NCBI GenBank assembly: GCA_030704615.1
Contig: CM060734.1
Span: forward strand, 47,058,001 to 47,122,000
DNA from: Takakia lepidozioides
Taxonomy: Eukaryota > Plantae > Bryophyta
DNA length: 64,000 nt
Reading direction: 5' to 3'
Part shown: one piece after another, positions 1 through 24,450 of the stretch
Layout: each line of letters begins with the position of its first letter
Position numbering within the stretch: position 1 is the stretch's first letter
Translations under genes and position numbers: made by a program
Notes under the pieces: generated by a model
The model's database searches: none
What the model was told of the DNA's origin: nothing
Seen by the model: the letters and a program-made list of their open reading frames with translations, nothing else

Positions 1-3000
1 CACAAGCTACTCCCAGGCTGGTGGGACACCCAAAACCCCCCATCCTCCCCTTCCTCCGTCCTCTCCCTCTCTTGCACTTTGTCTTGGGAACTCTCCAGGG
101 CAGGGCTCTCACTTCACAAGGGTAAAATAAACCAATTTGTTCACCTGGGATGCAGCAGCAAACGAAAGAGATCTCAGTTAGTTTACCTTTGGCAACTGCC
201 AACTCTCCTCCCCTCACCATCAGGCTTCAAGTGGGTCTCCACGCTTCCTCCCTCGGATAGGCACACCAAGTACACCTTCACGACAGCTTGGCCATCAAAT
301 CATGGAGTACCCATGGGCCTTCCACCAACCCCCCCATGAATCTATCTTTTTGCAAATGTAAGAGGCATGGGCTCTGAACATTCGGCTCCAAAAAGAGCTA
401 GAATCAGACTGTGGGCAAGAGACTTCTTCAATAAAAATTCCATTATCCTGCTTCAGGAACACAAGCTCGATCAAGTGAAAATTGCCTCTCTAGGGGGTTT
501 AGTTTGGCCTTTGGCTTCGGCATTCTGGAACCCTACAGTCGAACACTCAAGGGGGGGGACAACCTTTCTAATTTCTCCTTCTTTGAATCACTTGGTTCTG
601 GCCACTGATATCTGGGTCCAAGGTCGGGTGCAATTTGTCTCCCTCAACGTAGGGCAATCGCTGGGTAAGCTGGGTCTTGAACATCTATGCACCAAATGAC
701 ATTGATGAAAGGGTGGCTTTGTGGGATCTCATAAGAAATAAACTTTTGCAATTAAACGATATTTAGCATTGGCTCATAGGGGGGGATTTCAACATGGTGG
801 AGGATGAAGATGACCGCCTCGGCCCTTCTGCTCATGCCTTGTCTGCTCTGAAAAAAAACTCCTGGGATTCCCTTTGTTTCACTATTGGATTGCTTGATGC
901 TTCTGGCCCCAGTCAAGGTGAACTAAAATTCACCTGGTCTAACAATAGGAATCCTCCTAACTTGTGTCAAGCCAGACTAGACATGTTTTATTGCACTGCC
1001 TCTCTCTTGCAGTGGACGAAAAGGGCTCCCATTGACCCCATACAACCTGGCTTTGATCACTCTGCAATCTTAATGCTGCTCAGTACCCCAGGCGCCAGGG
1101 TCAAAAGGCAGGGGTTACTTCAAACTCAACCCAACAATCTTGAATGACCCGTTGGTAATTCAGTCTCTGGAAAATGCCTGGCGAACTACTTCCCTCCCCT
1201 ATTCCTCTCCGACACTGATCTACCTATCTAAGCTCAAACTAGTCAGGAAGTGTTGTCAGGAAATATCCAGGGAGCAGGCTGAGGAGAGATCCAGAAGACA
1301 AAAAGCTCTCACCAAATGTTTGCGAGTGTGTCAATATCAACTTTAGGCAAGCCGTGAAGGGCCTCAGACGCTGATCTCCTACAACACAGCTAAAAGAAAC
1401 TTGTCGCTGCTACTACATGCCAAAGAAAGCTTCATCAGAATCAAAGCAGGTGTTAATTGGTCGCTGAAAGGTGAAAAGATGAACAATTACTTCTTCGCCA
1501 AAGCTGCGCAAAGGAGAGCTGCCACTGCAGTGCCTGCACTAAAAGACCCGGTTACATGACTGCCAACAAACAACCCTAGGAATATGGCAATGCTGGCAGT
1601 AAGGTTCTTTGGGCAGCTATTTCAATGCCAGCCCCCCTCGGCCTCCAGAGATCAGGCGAGAGCTTTACTCATTCAAATGATCCCAGAGGCTCTTGGCGAC
1701 ACGGACAGGAACACACTCGTAGCCCCATTTACAGAGAGAGAATTGGGAGAGGCAGTGGAAAGCATGGCTTCAAACAAATCACCTGGGCTGGACGGTCTGC
1801 CAATTGAGTTCTGAAGGCCATGTGGGGAACAATAAGTGATGATTGCCAATGACATCTTCATTAAAAAGGTGATGCCATCCCAGATCTCGGAAGGGCTCAT
1901 TACTCTGATTTTCAAGAAAGGAGACAGGGATACCATGGCCAACTACCGCCCCATTACGCTTCTCAACTCCACCTACAAGATAATTGCAAAGGCTTTGGCT
2001 TTGAGGTTACAACTACTGCTGCCATCCATCATCAGGAAGGACCAAACAGGGTTCCTGAAAGATCGCATGATCCTTGACAATATCTTGCTGGCCCACGAAG
2101 CCTTACATAGAGCCCTTCTCAATCATCAGCCCCTTGCCTTCCTCATGCTGGACTTCGAGAAGGCCTTTGACTCCATTGATTGGCAATTCTTATTACAGGC
2201 AATGGAAAAGACAGGGTTGCCAGGCTTCTTCGTGGACTGGGTTCGTATCCTGCTCCATTCTGCCTCTAGTAGAGTAATGGTGAATGGGGTTATCTCACAA
2301 TCTTTTGCCATTACCAGATCTGTCAGGCAAGGCTGTCCACTGGCTCCTTTTTTTTTCCTCATACGGCCGACTCTTTAGGGCATCTCTTGGACTTCAGACA
2401 AGACATTGTGGGGCTGCATCTACCAACATATCAGGAAGAAATGTTGAAAACTTCCATGTACACAGATGATACTAGCTTACTACTGGACAATTCTTGCAAA
2501 GGGAATATAGACCGCGCCCTACAAGCTCTACAGACTTTCTGCCTGGCCTCAGGCCTCAAGGTGAATTGGAGGAAATCTGTCTATTCAACAAACCGGCTCC
2601 CATGCATCCCATTGTCAGGCATGCATGGGGTGAGGAGATAGGCCTTAGATGGCTACAATAGGGAGAATCACACACACTCTTAGGCCACCAGATAGGTCTG
2701 AACCTTCCCCAACACAGCTATATGAAGGGGGTCATCAACAAGTTTAAAAAAAAACTGGCTTTTTGGTGCTATGCTATGCTATCCTTGGTTGGAAGGGCCC
2801 TGGTGGTTAACCAGGTGCTGGAAGGAGGAATCTGGTTCTATGCTGCTGTGTGGGATCCAGGGACAAACCTTGTCAAAGAAATAAAAGGCCTGGTGCGTAA
2901 CTTCCTGTGGGGAGCCTCATCTGCAACTACATTTAAGCGAGCCCTAGTCTCATGGGAACAGCTGTGTCAAAAGAGGAATAGAGGAGGATTGGGCATCATA

Positions 3001-5019
3001 GATCCAGGTTCACAAATAAAAGCCTTATTGGCAAAATGGGTTCCTAGAGCTATTAAGCACAGACACACTCCCTGGAGTAAACTAATTCAGCCTTATCTTA
3101 TGGGAGCAATCCCATCCTCTTCTCCCTTGTGGGCTCTTTCCTTGAGATGGGTGGTTCAAGGGAGAAACAAGGGTACCTCACTGGGGTCCAGACTTGGCAG
3201 TCGATCTGGAAAGCATGGCAGTCCCTGCGAGGCTCTCTGACCCAACGTATGCCAGCAAACAGCCCAGAGTGCCTAAGGCAACCACTTTTTGCCAACTTCA
3301 ACATGGACTCATCGGAGCTGTTAAGGCAAAATGCAAAATGGGCTTTCTGGTAGGGGCATGGGTTCACACACATGACAAGTATCCGCGACCAGGGCCAGTT
3401 CCTACAGAGAGCTGAAATCTCAAGTTGTATGGGTGGGAGAAGAGCCAAGGCCTGGGATACCATACTCCAAAACATCCCCCAGTTCATGCTTCCCTTGCTT
3501 GTGGATGACGAACTCGGCTAGAAAACCCCGGTGTGGATGGCCTCCCACCAAACGAACCAGCCCACTGCCATCTTGGTGCTTTCTATAGAACAAGACATGG
3601 CTTCGGGAATTGGTTTCGAGGCAGCAGCAGATGGTTCCCTGGCTTTTATGGGAACAATGGAGCATGGCACGAAATTTCTGTATCACATTAGAGTGTTGGA
3701 TGGTAATGGCAATGCCAACCCAATGCCAAATCAGGGGCAGGAGCTAGAATGGGCTCAAGCCATATCTCTGACCTAGTTCCTACAGGCACCACTGGCGGAC
3801 TTACAGTTTGATCCAGGGGAGTGGAGCTGGATGGATGCAAAGCACTCCCCTTTTTTCGGATACACTGTTAAGATCGGATACAGACTTCTTAGGCCACACT
3901 GCTTGTTCATCAGAAAATGGAGCACTTACAATCTCACCCAACGTCAATGGGACAAGATATGGAAGGATATATGGAGGAAAGATAGGGCAGCAAAGGTCTC
4001 TGCATTTTTTGTGGAAACTGGCTCACAAGATTCTACCAGTCAGACAGGCAACCCATGAAGACATGCCAAACTGCACGTTGTTTCTAACACAGCCAGAATC
4101 TATAGAGCATTGCCTAATTTCTTGTTCGTTATCCAGCAGGGTTTGGAGAGCAGTTCTGGCTTTCTATTCTCACTGGTCCTCCTTCCCTACCCCACCTCCA
4201 CCCACCTTGCTGCTACTAAATTGCTTACCAGGCCAACCTCACTGTACCTGCCCAGTTTGGGCTACTTTGAGAGCACACACTCTGTGGAACTTGTGGAAGG
4301 CAAGGTGCACTTGGGTATATGAGGGTAAACCCCCTAGAGGCAGATCAATTTTGTTTTGTACTTACTTTGATCTGTTGACTGAGGGGAGGAAAGCCTGGGG
4401 GGTGGTCTGTGCAGCTCTTCCCAGAACTTCAGAACGGCGGGGGAGGAAGCTGCTCCAAGGTTTCCATGACTCCTGGGGCAAAGGGTGCCTGCTCGAAACC
4501 AGCCTTCCCAACCTTCAATTTCACTGGAAAGACACCCTCCCCCCTCAATGGGAGGTCCCCTGGTGAGGGGGAGGAGGTGGAATTCAACTGGCGTCACAAG
4601 AGAGCAAGAGATTCAAAACTAAAAACCCAGTTGAAATTCTAGTACCTGCTGACTCCTTGAGAATGATTCGTTCAGCCTCTTTTTGCTCCAGCTCCGGCAC
4701 ATGAGGCCTGCTCTCTGTCTACATTTGTCATCTGAAATGTACACATCTGTCTACATTTCTTCTCTATCACCGCTACGTTCTTACTAGAGAATCAATCTTT
4801 TCACAACCCCTCTCATCAACGCCCCTGCTTGCTTAGTCGCTCCATCGTTCTCTACTGCATAGCTAGCTGGTTTGCTAGAGTCACGGGAAAGTTTCCCCTC
4901 AGTAAGCCTTCACGGCCCTAGTAGTGGTTATTTTTTCCACTGTTCTGACCTTTATTTACTAATTTGACTAAAAGGGTCTCCGTCCCCTTTATCTAAAAAA
5001 AAGAAAAAAAAGAAAAAAG
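1..5019 (+). mobile_element. Defective L1-clade LINE retrotransposon (probable ORF1 end, ORF2 with APE endonuclease, RT and zf-RVT; A-rich tail)
   Basis: ORF2 pieces in shifting frames: APE (NVRGMG..LLQEHKL, NIYAP, GGDFN, RLDMFY, DH), RT (KSPGLDG, NYRPITLLN, LDFEKAFDS, VRQGCPLAP, YTDD) and zinc finger (FLWKLAHKILP..ESIEHCLISC). Several stops and frameshifts. Ends GTCCCCTTTATCTAAAAAAAAGAAAA at ~4983-5019. Confidence 0.93.
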
Positions 5020-5745
5020 AATACCACAAGGGGAACCTAATCATCTCATAGGATACCAACCCCCATACAATTATACACTGAATCAGAATTAATGCATCCA
5101 TAGTGTCTCGCAAATGAAGATCAAAGTGTCATTGTTATAATCAAATAGCTAGTATATGCCCCTAGCCCTAAATCTCTACCCTACATTACAATGTACCCCA
5201 GTGCATATTAACATGATACCCGAACAGACTTGAAGCGACGAGTCGAGCTCTGGTAGGGGGCGGGGAAAGGAGAACCCTAACTGCCGCCTGTTAGGGTTTG
5301 GGGGGCCGCCAGAGAACTCGAGAACCTTCTGGTAGGGTACTACAAATATTTATGGGAACATAGAACAATAGGTTAGGTTAGGAGAGACCTGGGTTGATGC
5401 CCGGGTTGATACCCGGCGAAACCCAGATACCAGACCAACACTGGTGCAGACATCACAAAGACAACATCCATTTTTGATACAATGTCTAGGGTTTCTCATC
5501 AGAGAGCGACCAAGTAGACCATTGTTTATAATCTTGAGGCTGAGCCTAAAGCCCTGACCTTGTTGGGGTCCAATTGTTGGGCAGTTCACACATAACAAAC
5601 TGATGCTTGTGTGAAGGGATTTTCTAGAGAAAATCAGGAAAGCGGCCAGAAACAATTGTTTATACCAAGGTAGGTCCACCTACTGGAGTGAACCCCTCAT
5701 AGTGACTGTTCGCTCTTGCACTGCCCAAACCTCGGCACAGGGCCT

Positions 5746-6920
5746 ATGGCCACAAGGCTACGACAAACACATTCATCAAAGCTTATAGCAAAGAAATTGT
5801 GTAGACTGCAAAACTGCAGGGGCCTAGTAGTGCAAGGGGACCTTGTAATTGGACACCCTTACACATTCTGTAGCCTTCAAAGAGGGCTGGAGGGGACTTG
5901 CTGCTGACAACCACATGGAGATGGAAGATAGTCTTCAAGTGTTCACGCCAATTAGAAGGTCGCAGTTTTCATTCAAGCTGTTTCACATAAAAACTGGTGT
6001 CCAAAAGATGAGCGCCCTCACAACTCAATTTTTGATGCCCCATGCCGCAAGGGAGAAAGTCGAAGTCAAGGTGTCACATCTTCCATCTTCAAGTCGTTAT
6101 CAGTGGCAAATTGCTTCCATCCAACTTTGAAGGCTACGCAAAAGCTAGGGCATTCAATCGCTAAGTGTCATGCTTGATCACTAGACCCCTACAATTTTGC
6201 AGGTACCCAATCTCTAGTCTTTATCATAAGCATTGATAAACGTGTTTACCGTAGACCTCGATACGTTTCTTAATTGGAACTTTCATCAACCTTGGTTTCA
6301 ATGCAATGTCGTCGTCGATCCTGACAATGGACATCCTTCCACTAACATTGTCGAGCAATTGCACCTTCTGCCCAAACCTCTGCACGGGGCCGATGGCCAC
6401 AAGGCTACGACAAACACATTCATCAAAGCTTATAGCAAAGAAATTGGGTAGCCTGCAAACGTGCAGGAGCTAGTGGTGCAAGTGGACCTTATAATTGGAC
6501 ACCCTTACACACTGTGTAGCCTTCAAAGATGGGTGGAGGGGACTTTCTGCTAACAACCACATGGAGATGAAAGATAGTCTTCTTGAAAAGTATTCCCGCC
6601 GATTAGAAAGTCGGAGCTTTCAGTCAAGCTGTATGACATAAAAACTGGTGGGCAAAAGATGAGCGCTCTCACAACTCAACAATACTGGAAATTTTGATGT
6701 CCCCGGGAGAAAGTCGAAGTCCAGGTGTCACATCTTCCATCTTCAAGTCGTTATCAGTGGCAAATTGCTTCCATCCAACTTTGAAGGCTACGCAAAAGCT
6801 AGAGCGTTCAATCGCTAAGTGTCATGCTTGATCACTAGACCCCTACAATTTTGCAGGTTACCCAATCTCTAGGCTTTGCCATAAGCATTGATAAATGTCT
6901 TTACCGTAGACCTCGATTCA
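5746..6920. repeat. Diverged direct duplication of ~520 bp (about 5746-6263 and 6393-6917), origin unknown
   Basis: Both copies begin ATGGCCACAAGGCTACGACAAACACATTCATCAAAGC and end near TTTACCGTAGACCTCGAT; internally alignable with indels. Confidence 0.85.
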
Positions 6921-7312
6921 TTCAGTTGAGTGGTCGATCCTTCCACTTGTCGAGCAATTGCACCTTCCTGCACTCTTGTCCAACTCCAAAGCTATTTTAG
7001 GTCTGAATGGAGATCTGCAATTTCTTCACTATCTGTCTGCTTCTGCTTCCCCTTGCAGCTTAGAGAAGCTTGACAACCAACCACTCATTCCTTCAGTCAC
7101 AAATCTTCACGTAGATTACTACGTAGAACATGCCCGAGAGAATTTGCCAAATATGAAGCTTGCCTAACGTAGCGCACACTAACAAACATGCTAGCTACAT
7201 TCTTTAGAGCCTTTGGCATGCTGATTATTCATCACTAGTCTAAAAGTCACCAATCTCAGATATTCCAAACTTGAATCTCCTAGGGCCGTTCTCAAAAGTC
7301 AGCAGACATGGT

Positions 7313-8070
7313 GAGAGAAATGAAAGGAAATGAAATGGTGCTTTATAACGTCCGCGGAAAGCTCATATAGCTTATGGGACAAAATGGAAAGACAACCTGA
7401 GAGAGGAAACAGAGGCTGCAGTATTGGAAAACCTACCTACCTTAAAAAAAATTCAGCACTTCGTACCAGGACCCTTATGGTATTTCCAATTCAAGATGCC
7501 AGACCAACACTGGTCCGCACATAGGGCATTGACAATCTCCCTTTTCTCTTTGCACCTGCTTATTTGTTTATTGTTCAAAGGTAGACTCCCACCCGGAGTT
7601 TAAATTTTAGTTAAGTGCCAAGGGTAGGTAGGCCTTTCAGATCATCCGTAATGACCTCACCCATGTCACAAACTTCACAAACTTCAGGGAAGTCTTATGC
7701 CTTTGTCATACATCAATTGAGCTTTACATTGCTCTTTGGTGTCTGTGCTTCTATCTTGTTGCACTAGTGTCCCTTGGGCCTCTGTTCAACAATCTCTTAA
7801 AGAACCTTGAAATGTTGTTTTTTGACAAGGTTGTTGGGGTCCCCACTTTTCTTTTTCTATCTTCTTTACTTTTCTTTTTGTCCTCATAAGCTCTATGAGC
7901 TTTCCGCGGACGTTATAAAGCACCATTCCATTTCATTTCTATCTTCTTTTCTGTTCTCTTGTGTTCCATAAGCGCTTTGGCTCCCCTGGACATTATAAAG
8001 TTTTTTTTTTGTTCTTCTTAGCTTTTGGCGGACGTTATAAAGCACCATTTCATTTCATTTCATTTCTGTA
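7313..8070. repeat. Cluster of short 3'-end copies of the RTE-X-like LINE (one minus copy at 7313-7385, plus copies at ~7870-7945 and ~7960-8070)
   Basis: Motif CCCATAAGCTCT..GAGCTTTCCGCGGACGTTATAAAGCACC followed by (ATTTC)n; same tail as at 18885-18960 and 37720-37810. Confidence 0.75.
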
Positions 8071-9069
8071 GAGCTCTTCTTTGGTACACACTTCAGGTCC
8101 TCATCTGTAAAGGCCCAAGGAGACAAAGAGATAGTCACAGAGAAAGAAAAAGACATGGATTTCATAAAATCCATAGGGACCCTCAGTGCGGCCAATAGGC
8201 CTGATGATCAGAATGAAAATTAATCCTTTTGTCTTTGTGAAGCATGTACTTTGTTCGTATGCGCTTCAGGGTGGCCTGGCACCTCTAGAAAGAGACCAAT
8301 ACATTAGAAGCGTCGGCGCAAAGCCTGCCAGACATGGTGTAAACTGACTCAGATTGATTTGATCAGTAGCAATAGTGACCGTATCTATTGCACTGGATAA
8401 TATGTTGAATAGAAGGAAGGACTGTTGGTCGTTCCCTGGAACTTCAAGGCTGGAAGGAAGGTGTATGGTGCTTGTTCAGTGGCTGGCCAAGAGCTCGCCA
8501 AGAGATGGACGGAATGAGTTTCCTACACTTCCAGGGCCAGACATGGGATTTCCTGCAAAGAAGACGACACCTACATGGATCTCTGGCAGACTTAGAGACA
8601 ATAAAGCAAGGGATACATAGTGAGGAAGCCTACCTCCTTCGCAGAGGCGGCTCTTGAGGGCAAGGGGGAATGCTGTCGCTTAATTGAGGCAGATGGCCCC
8701 ATCTATTCACGCACATACTTCATTCTTACAGTTTCATCCAGTCCATCTACACAGCATCCATCCAAACGATACGACGACATCCATCTGAAGTCTATCTACT
8801 TTCGTTGAAGCCATTCAAGTGTTTCCCGCGCTCGCTGTTGGTTCCCGGGAAAAAACAGGCAACAGCCTGTCGAGTGTGGCCAGATGACTGGCTAATGCCG
8901 GTGGTAGGAAGGGTTCCTTGATGCGTAGTGCGGGCGAAGACGAGGATGGACGCAGGAAGGAAGGAACGGACGAGTGTGGAGGCAGGGTTGCATTGCCCGC
9001 CCTAATCCCAGCGGAAGACTGAACATTTTGCTTTAGAAAACAAAGGTGTCTAGCTCCAGTTTGGCAACG

Positions 9070-19833
<10,764 letters not shown>

Positions 19834-20334
19834 GTGTGCCTATCCACCTTGTTAGGTTAGGGAATATTGCTAGGAGTTTGGCAATATGGGATGAACCTGA
19901 GAGATAAACTCACACAGATCCCAATGCTACAAAGCACCCCTGGGCACCTATTCCCCTCTCCCTCATTTTTGCTCTATCAAACCGTGCTCTGGGTTGTCCA
20001 GCAAGCAACATCTAATGTGAACTATTTTTCCTTAGTTATGTTTTACTATCGTTGGACTTTTTGTGGACATTATAGAAAGCTCATTTTCTCCTTTGTATCT
20101 TGAAGTCGCAATTGTTAGCAAAACGTCATCCCCATGTTGTTATTCTAAAGATCTTCCTGGACTTGTATGTTGCATTGGGGATAATGAAATATCTGTAGTC
20201 CCTACCGACTAATGGTGACAAATATGGAAAGGCCCTAACTAGCCCTTCAGTGGAACCTTCAGAAAGATGCATGAGATGTCCATGTCATCTCCTAATACTG
20301 CCAGGATACAATCACCCTGAGGCTCTCGATCTGT

Positions 20335-21489
20335 TTAGTAGTCTCTATTCTCACTTGCACTTGCAGTTGAGCGAAACTTGGGCCGGCGTTGGTTGCGGCA
20401 CAACTCACGGTCCATGCGCTCCGTCTCTCTCTGTTTTCTACGAATCTCCTTCTTGCGATGCACAATCTCTACGTATAGCCTCTCACGGTATTCACTTATT
20501 GCAAACTTGGTGTTGTCATCGATGGGAATTCGGACAATTCTATTGCAGTTGGGCTCGTCCATGGGGCTGTGGAACTGGGCCAAGTATGGATGCCGCAATG
20601 CTTCCTCAGCTGTCATCCGTTTGTGGGGATTGAAATGCAGTAGTTTACGAAGCAGGTCCTCTGCCTCGGATGACGCTCTTGGGAACACCGGTAGAAAGGG
20701 CCTGGTGCTGGTTGGCATGCTCTCAAGCATTGTTGCTGCAAATGGAGACTCTAGGGCAGCTATGTCATCCAGCGCAGGCCTTCCAATCACTTCCAGAATT
20801 TTCTCGATTTGATTCATTGTCGAAGTCCCAGGAAAGACTGGCTTGTCATTCAAGAGTTCTCCCAATATGCAACCGCTCGACCACATATCCACACCAAATG
20901 TATATTGTGTTGATCCAAGCAAGATTTCGGGTGCCCTATACCAACGCGTGGCAACATAATCAGTAAGGATGGTGGGGCTGGTGCCATGGTCATCCTTCAA
21001 CTGTGCAACTGATCGAGCAAGGCCAAAATCTGCAAGCTTCACTTGGCACTCCGAGTCCAACAGCAAGTTGCTGGGCTTGATGTCCCGATGGAGCAAGTCG
21101 GCCGAGTGCATGTACTTCAAAGCCTTGAAAAGTTGATACATTATGAACTGCTTATGGACTTCCTCGAGAATGTTGGCCCTTATCACCGCATGCAGGTCCG
21201 TCTCCATGTACTCAAACACGAGATAGAGATCACGATCATTCTCTGCCTTCAATACGTTGAGCAGTTTGATAATGTTGTCGTGATCGTTCATCTCTTGCAA
21301 AAACATCACCTCCCGAAATGTTCTTTGCGCATCAGTGGAATTTTGAAAGGCATCAAAGATTTTTTTGAGAGCCACGACGTCATTAGATCGCCTCTCAACC
21401 ACCTTCCACACAATTCCATACGCCCCTTTGCCGAGTTTCTGACCCACATGATACTTGCGCAGAACATGTTTGTCTATATCCTCACTCAT
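20335..21489 (-). CDS. MAPK15: MAP kinase, ERK7/ERK8 (MAPK15) subfamily, 384 aa, intronless CDS
   Basis: MSEDIDKHVLRKY..GKGAYGIVWK..KKIFDAFQNSTDAQRTFRE..AENDRDLYLVFEYMETDLHAVIRANIL is diagnostic of ERK7/8; HRD, DFG, TDY activation motif and APE intact. Confidence 0.95.
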   Translation of the reverse strand: MSEDIDKHVLRKYHVGQKLGKGAYGIVWKVVERRSNDVVALKKIFDAFQNSTDAQRTFREVMFLQEMNDHDNIIKLLNVLKAENDRDLYLVFEYMETDLHAVIRANILEEVHKQFIMYQLFKALKYMHSADLLHRDIKPSNLLLDSECQVKLADFGLARSVAQLKDDHGTSPTILTDYVATRWYRAPEILLGSTQYTFGVDMWSSGCILGELLNDKPVFPGTSTMNQIEKILEVIGRPALDDIAALESPFAATMLESMPTSTRPFLPVFPRASSEAEDLLRKLLHFNPHKRMTAEEALRHPYLAQFHSPMDEPNCNRIVRIPIDDNTKFAISEYRERLYVEIVHRKKEIRRKQRETERMDRELCRNQRRPKFRSTASASENRDY

Positions 21490-22018
21490 GATGCCCCCTT
21501 TCCAAGACTATCAGATTATTCTGCTCCACCCGAGTTCGGCTGCAGGCTACGGAACCATACAAGTTCGATGCTGCACCATTGTTCCTGATCTGACCTTGAC
21601 AACCACCGTAGCAAGAAATCCCAAGAATTAGGCACTGAAGAGGCTCCATCTTCAGATAGAACTATCCTCTGTCATTGCTCCATCAGCAAATACCATCCTT
21701 TGGAAATCAGACGCATTTGAGAACCAAGCCCACCCACATGCAACAAACATCCTAGATCTCAGTACCCACGAAATGCACTCAGTTCCCATGCTCGCCACAC
21801 TGAAAACCCAACAATTGCCTCATCATGGCATGGAAGCACCGAAGCGGGGATCTGCTAATGCTTATAATCCAACTAGCAAGGTACAAAAACTCTTGGCATA
21901 ATGTCAGCTTCTTTCATTCTCGCAGATGAGAGAGACAGACGAGGGAGAGAGAGAGCCACCATGCATATAACCGCTGCCCAGGAGCCTCCCAAAGTTACCT
22001 GAACAAACGGGTTGTTTG

Positions 22019-22598
22019 CAGTGTTGGGCGGGTATGTCAATAAGAACATGACCTATGGGCCCGGACTTGTGAGGATTTTAAGATTTTTGTTGTCCGGCGG
22101 ATATCCATAATCTATGCTCATTTTTTTGTTGCCGGTAATGGATATAAAGGGTTTGTTGTTACAAAAGCCCGCCGTTCGTGTGTAAGGGCAGGTCATGAAC
22201 TTTATTTAAAATATATATTTTTTAAATGACTCCAACTTCTATAAAAAGATTTGGGCACCCTCATTCATTGAAAATCATCAATCGCTGAAGTACCTCAGTC
22301 ATGATCTCCCCCCCCCCCCCCTAATTTCATTAACTATCACTAGTCATCACCAACCTGGGCCCACCTCTTCACATGCCCTCCTTCTCCACACTCCACAAGC
22401 CCGGCCCGCCCCCCAACACCTCTAACCCGCCTATGTAGGACTTTTGGGGGGCAACCTAGAGCCATAACCCGCCTATATAGGTCTTGGGGTGGCCCCAAGG
22501 AAAGCGAAACCCACCTAGGCAGGTCTTGGGCCCCGCGGTCAGGGCTAGACATACACTGGTACATATCCGGCTCTGACCTGTGTACCCGCCCAACACTG
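22019..22598. mobile_element. hAT-type MITE, 580 bp
   Basis: Perfect 16-bp TIR CAGTGTTGGGCGGGTA / TACCCGCCCAACACTG; perfect 8-bp TSD GTTGTTTG; subterminal ACCCG motifs. Confidence 0.93.
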
Positions 22599-23319
22599 GT
22601 TGTTTGGCCCTTGGTATCCATATTCGACTCTTGGAAATATCCTTGTATATCTTCTATTTTAGTAGTAGGGAGCAAGGTCCTCGGTAGATGAATGGTAGAA
22701 AGATGCCGTATGCTGACGACTAAGAAATCGGAGACCAAGTTTTAATGTACAATAGAAATAGGGTCTGCAAGTCCATGCTACTAAGCCACCTCATGGTAGA
22801 TACTAATTCTACCAAATATACCATACCCAGCCCTTACCAGAGATTGATTTGAGGTCTTCCATCTCGTTTTTATTGGCCTTGCGCGGGACTATTGATTTTG
22901 ACCACTGATATCCTTGATTAACAAATGAATAAGTTTAATACAGGTGCAGATGGAATATTTCATCCATATTATAGATGAACTATGTAAACAAGATGTATTT
23001 CATGCGGTCCATACACTAGAAATGACTGCCCAGTAACACAAAGGATAGGAGTTGCAAAATAATTGATAGATGCAGGACATTGATTGACTATTTAACACCA
23101 ATAGGGGAGGGCTTGCATGTATTCCATGCATTTGTTAAATTCACAGCACAATCTATCATAGTATGGGTGATTGACATTGAACTCAGTATTTTTTTTAAAG
23201 TGGAAAACACACACACATACACATACACATATACGCCAATAATCACCGAACGCTTGGAAGGAAACTTAGATAACAAAACCAAATTGGGCCAAATGGACCT
23301 TGAAATGGTCTCACATTTC

Positions 23320-24450
23320 TGACTGTCCCTCTGTTTGGTCTTGTATCTGGGGTGACGTCTGGAGGAAGGACAGGGCTTCTAAAATCACTGGTTTCTTATG
23401 GAAATTGGTCAATAGAATCCTTCCTGTCAAAGCTCACATCTCGGATGGCTCCATGTTATGTTCTTCTTGTGGGCTGCAGGCTTCATTAGAACAGTCTGTT
23501 TGAATGCCCTCTTGCTGCTGCTGTTTGGGTGCAGGTCCTGGCTTTCTATAGCCAATGGAAACAGCTTCCAATGCCTTGCCCTTCAATTCTGCTGTTAAAT
23601 TTCTCGCAGGGTAAATTGTGGGCAGATTGCCCTGTTTGGGCCACAATCAGAGCCCGTACCTTATGGCAAATCTGGAAAGCCAGATGTGCCAATGTCTTTG
23701 CTGGGAGGCCTTGCAGTGTAAGAGTGATTCTTTGTCTGGTTCACTCAGACCTGTTGTCTGAGGCCCATAAGGCGTGGCGGGTGTTGGGAATAGCTCTTCG
23801 CAGGTGTGATGGCATAAGGAGGACTCAGCTACTCACCAAACTCGACGACACTTGGGGAAAAGGAGCCACCATCTGCACTAGAGATTCAGCAGGGACTGGA
23901 ATTCGCTGGAAGGACTCCATCCCTCCAAGCTGGGAGTTCCTTTAGCTCCCAACCTTCACCTGTTGAGAAGGACGATTCAGAAATAAATTGGAGGCACCAC
24001 CGTTCTCTTCGATCCACCAGATCTAGGACTCACCTCTCTTTTGTTACTTACAAAAGAAAACGCGGGAGCTACTGATGCGGCAGGCTGGTTATATTACTCT
24101 CTGTTCTGCCCTAGCATTACCACCTCTCTGCTACTGCAGCCAGTGGCTTCTTAGCTTCTACGCTAGTTTTAATCTGCGATTCCACTGCTTGAAGGCCTAG
24201 CCTTTCTTAGTGGCTTATCATTTCTTAGAGACTCTTCTAGTGGGGCAACAGATCCATCTGTTTGCTTTCTTTCCCCCTCTTTGGTTTGTTGGTCACGAAG
24301 CAGAGCTTTCCTGGATCAGCCTCCATGGCACCCTTGAAAGAGGTTATTTTTTCCTCTTGGTTCTCTCGTAGTGAACTCTTTCTGTTATGTTCATCGCCGT
24401 TATTTCGCCCTATTGTATTTTTCGGACTTTCATGTCCTTTATCTATGAAA
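23320..24450 (+). mobile_element. 5'-truncated L1 copy related to the element at 1-5019
   Basis: WGDVWRKDRASKITGFLWKL..CPVWATIRARTLWQIWKARC..WKDSIPPSWEF aligns to 3950-4566; ends GTCCTTTATCTATGAAA, like the 3' end of the first copy. Confidence 0.88.

Noticed and set aside
7313-7945. MITE with ~65-bp TIRs
   Set aside because: The arms are LINE 3' tails also found singly elsewhere; no TSD seen.
20335-21489. Plant group D TDY MAPK
   Set aside because: N-lobe signatures are ERK7/8-type and the long group D C-terminal extension is absent.
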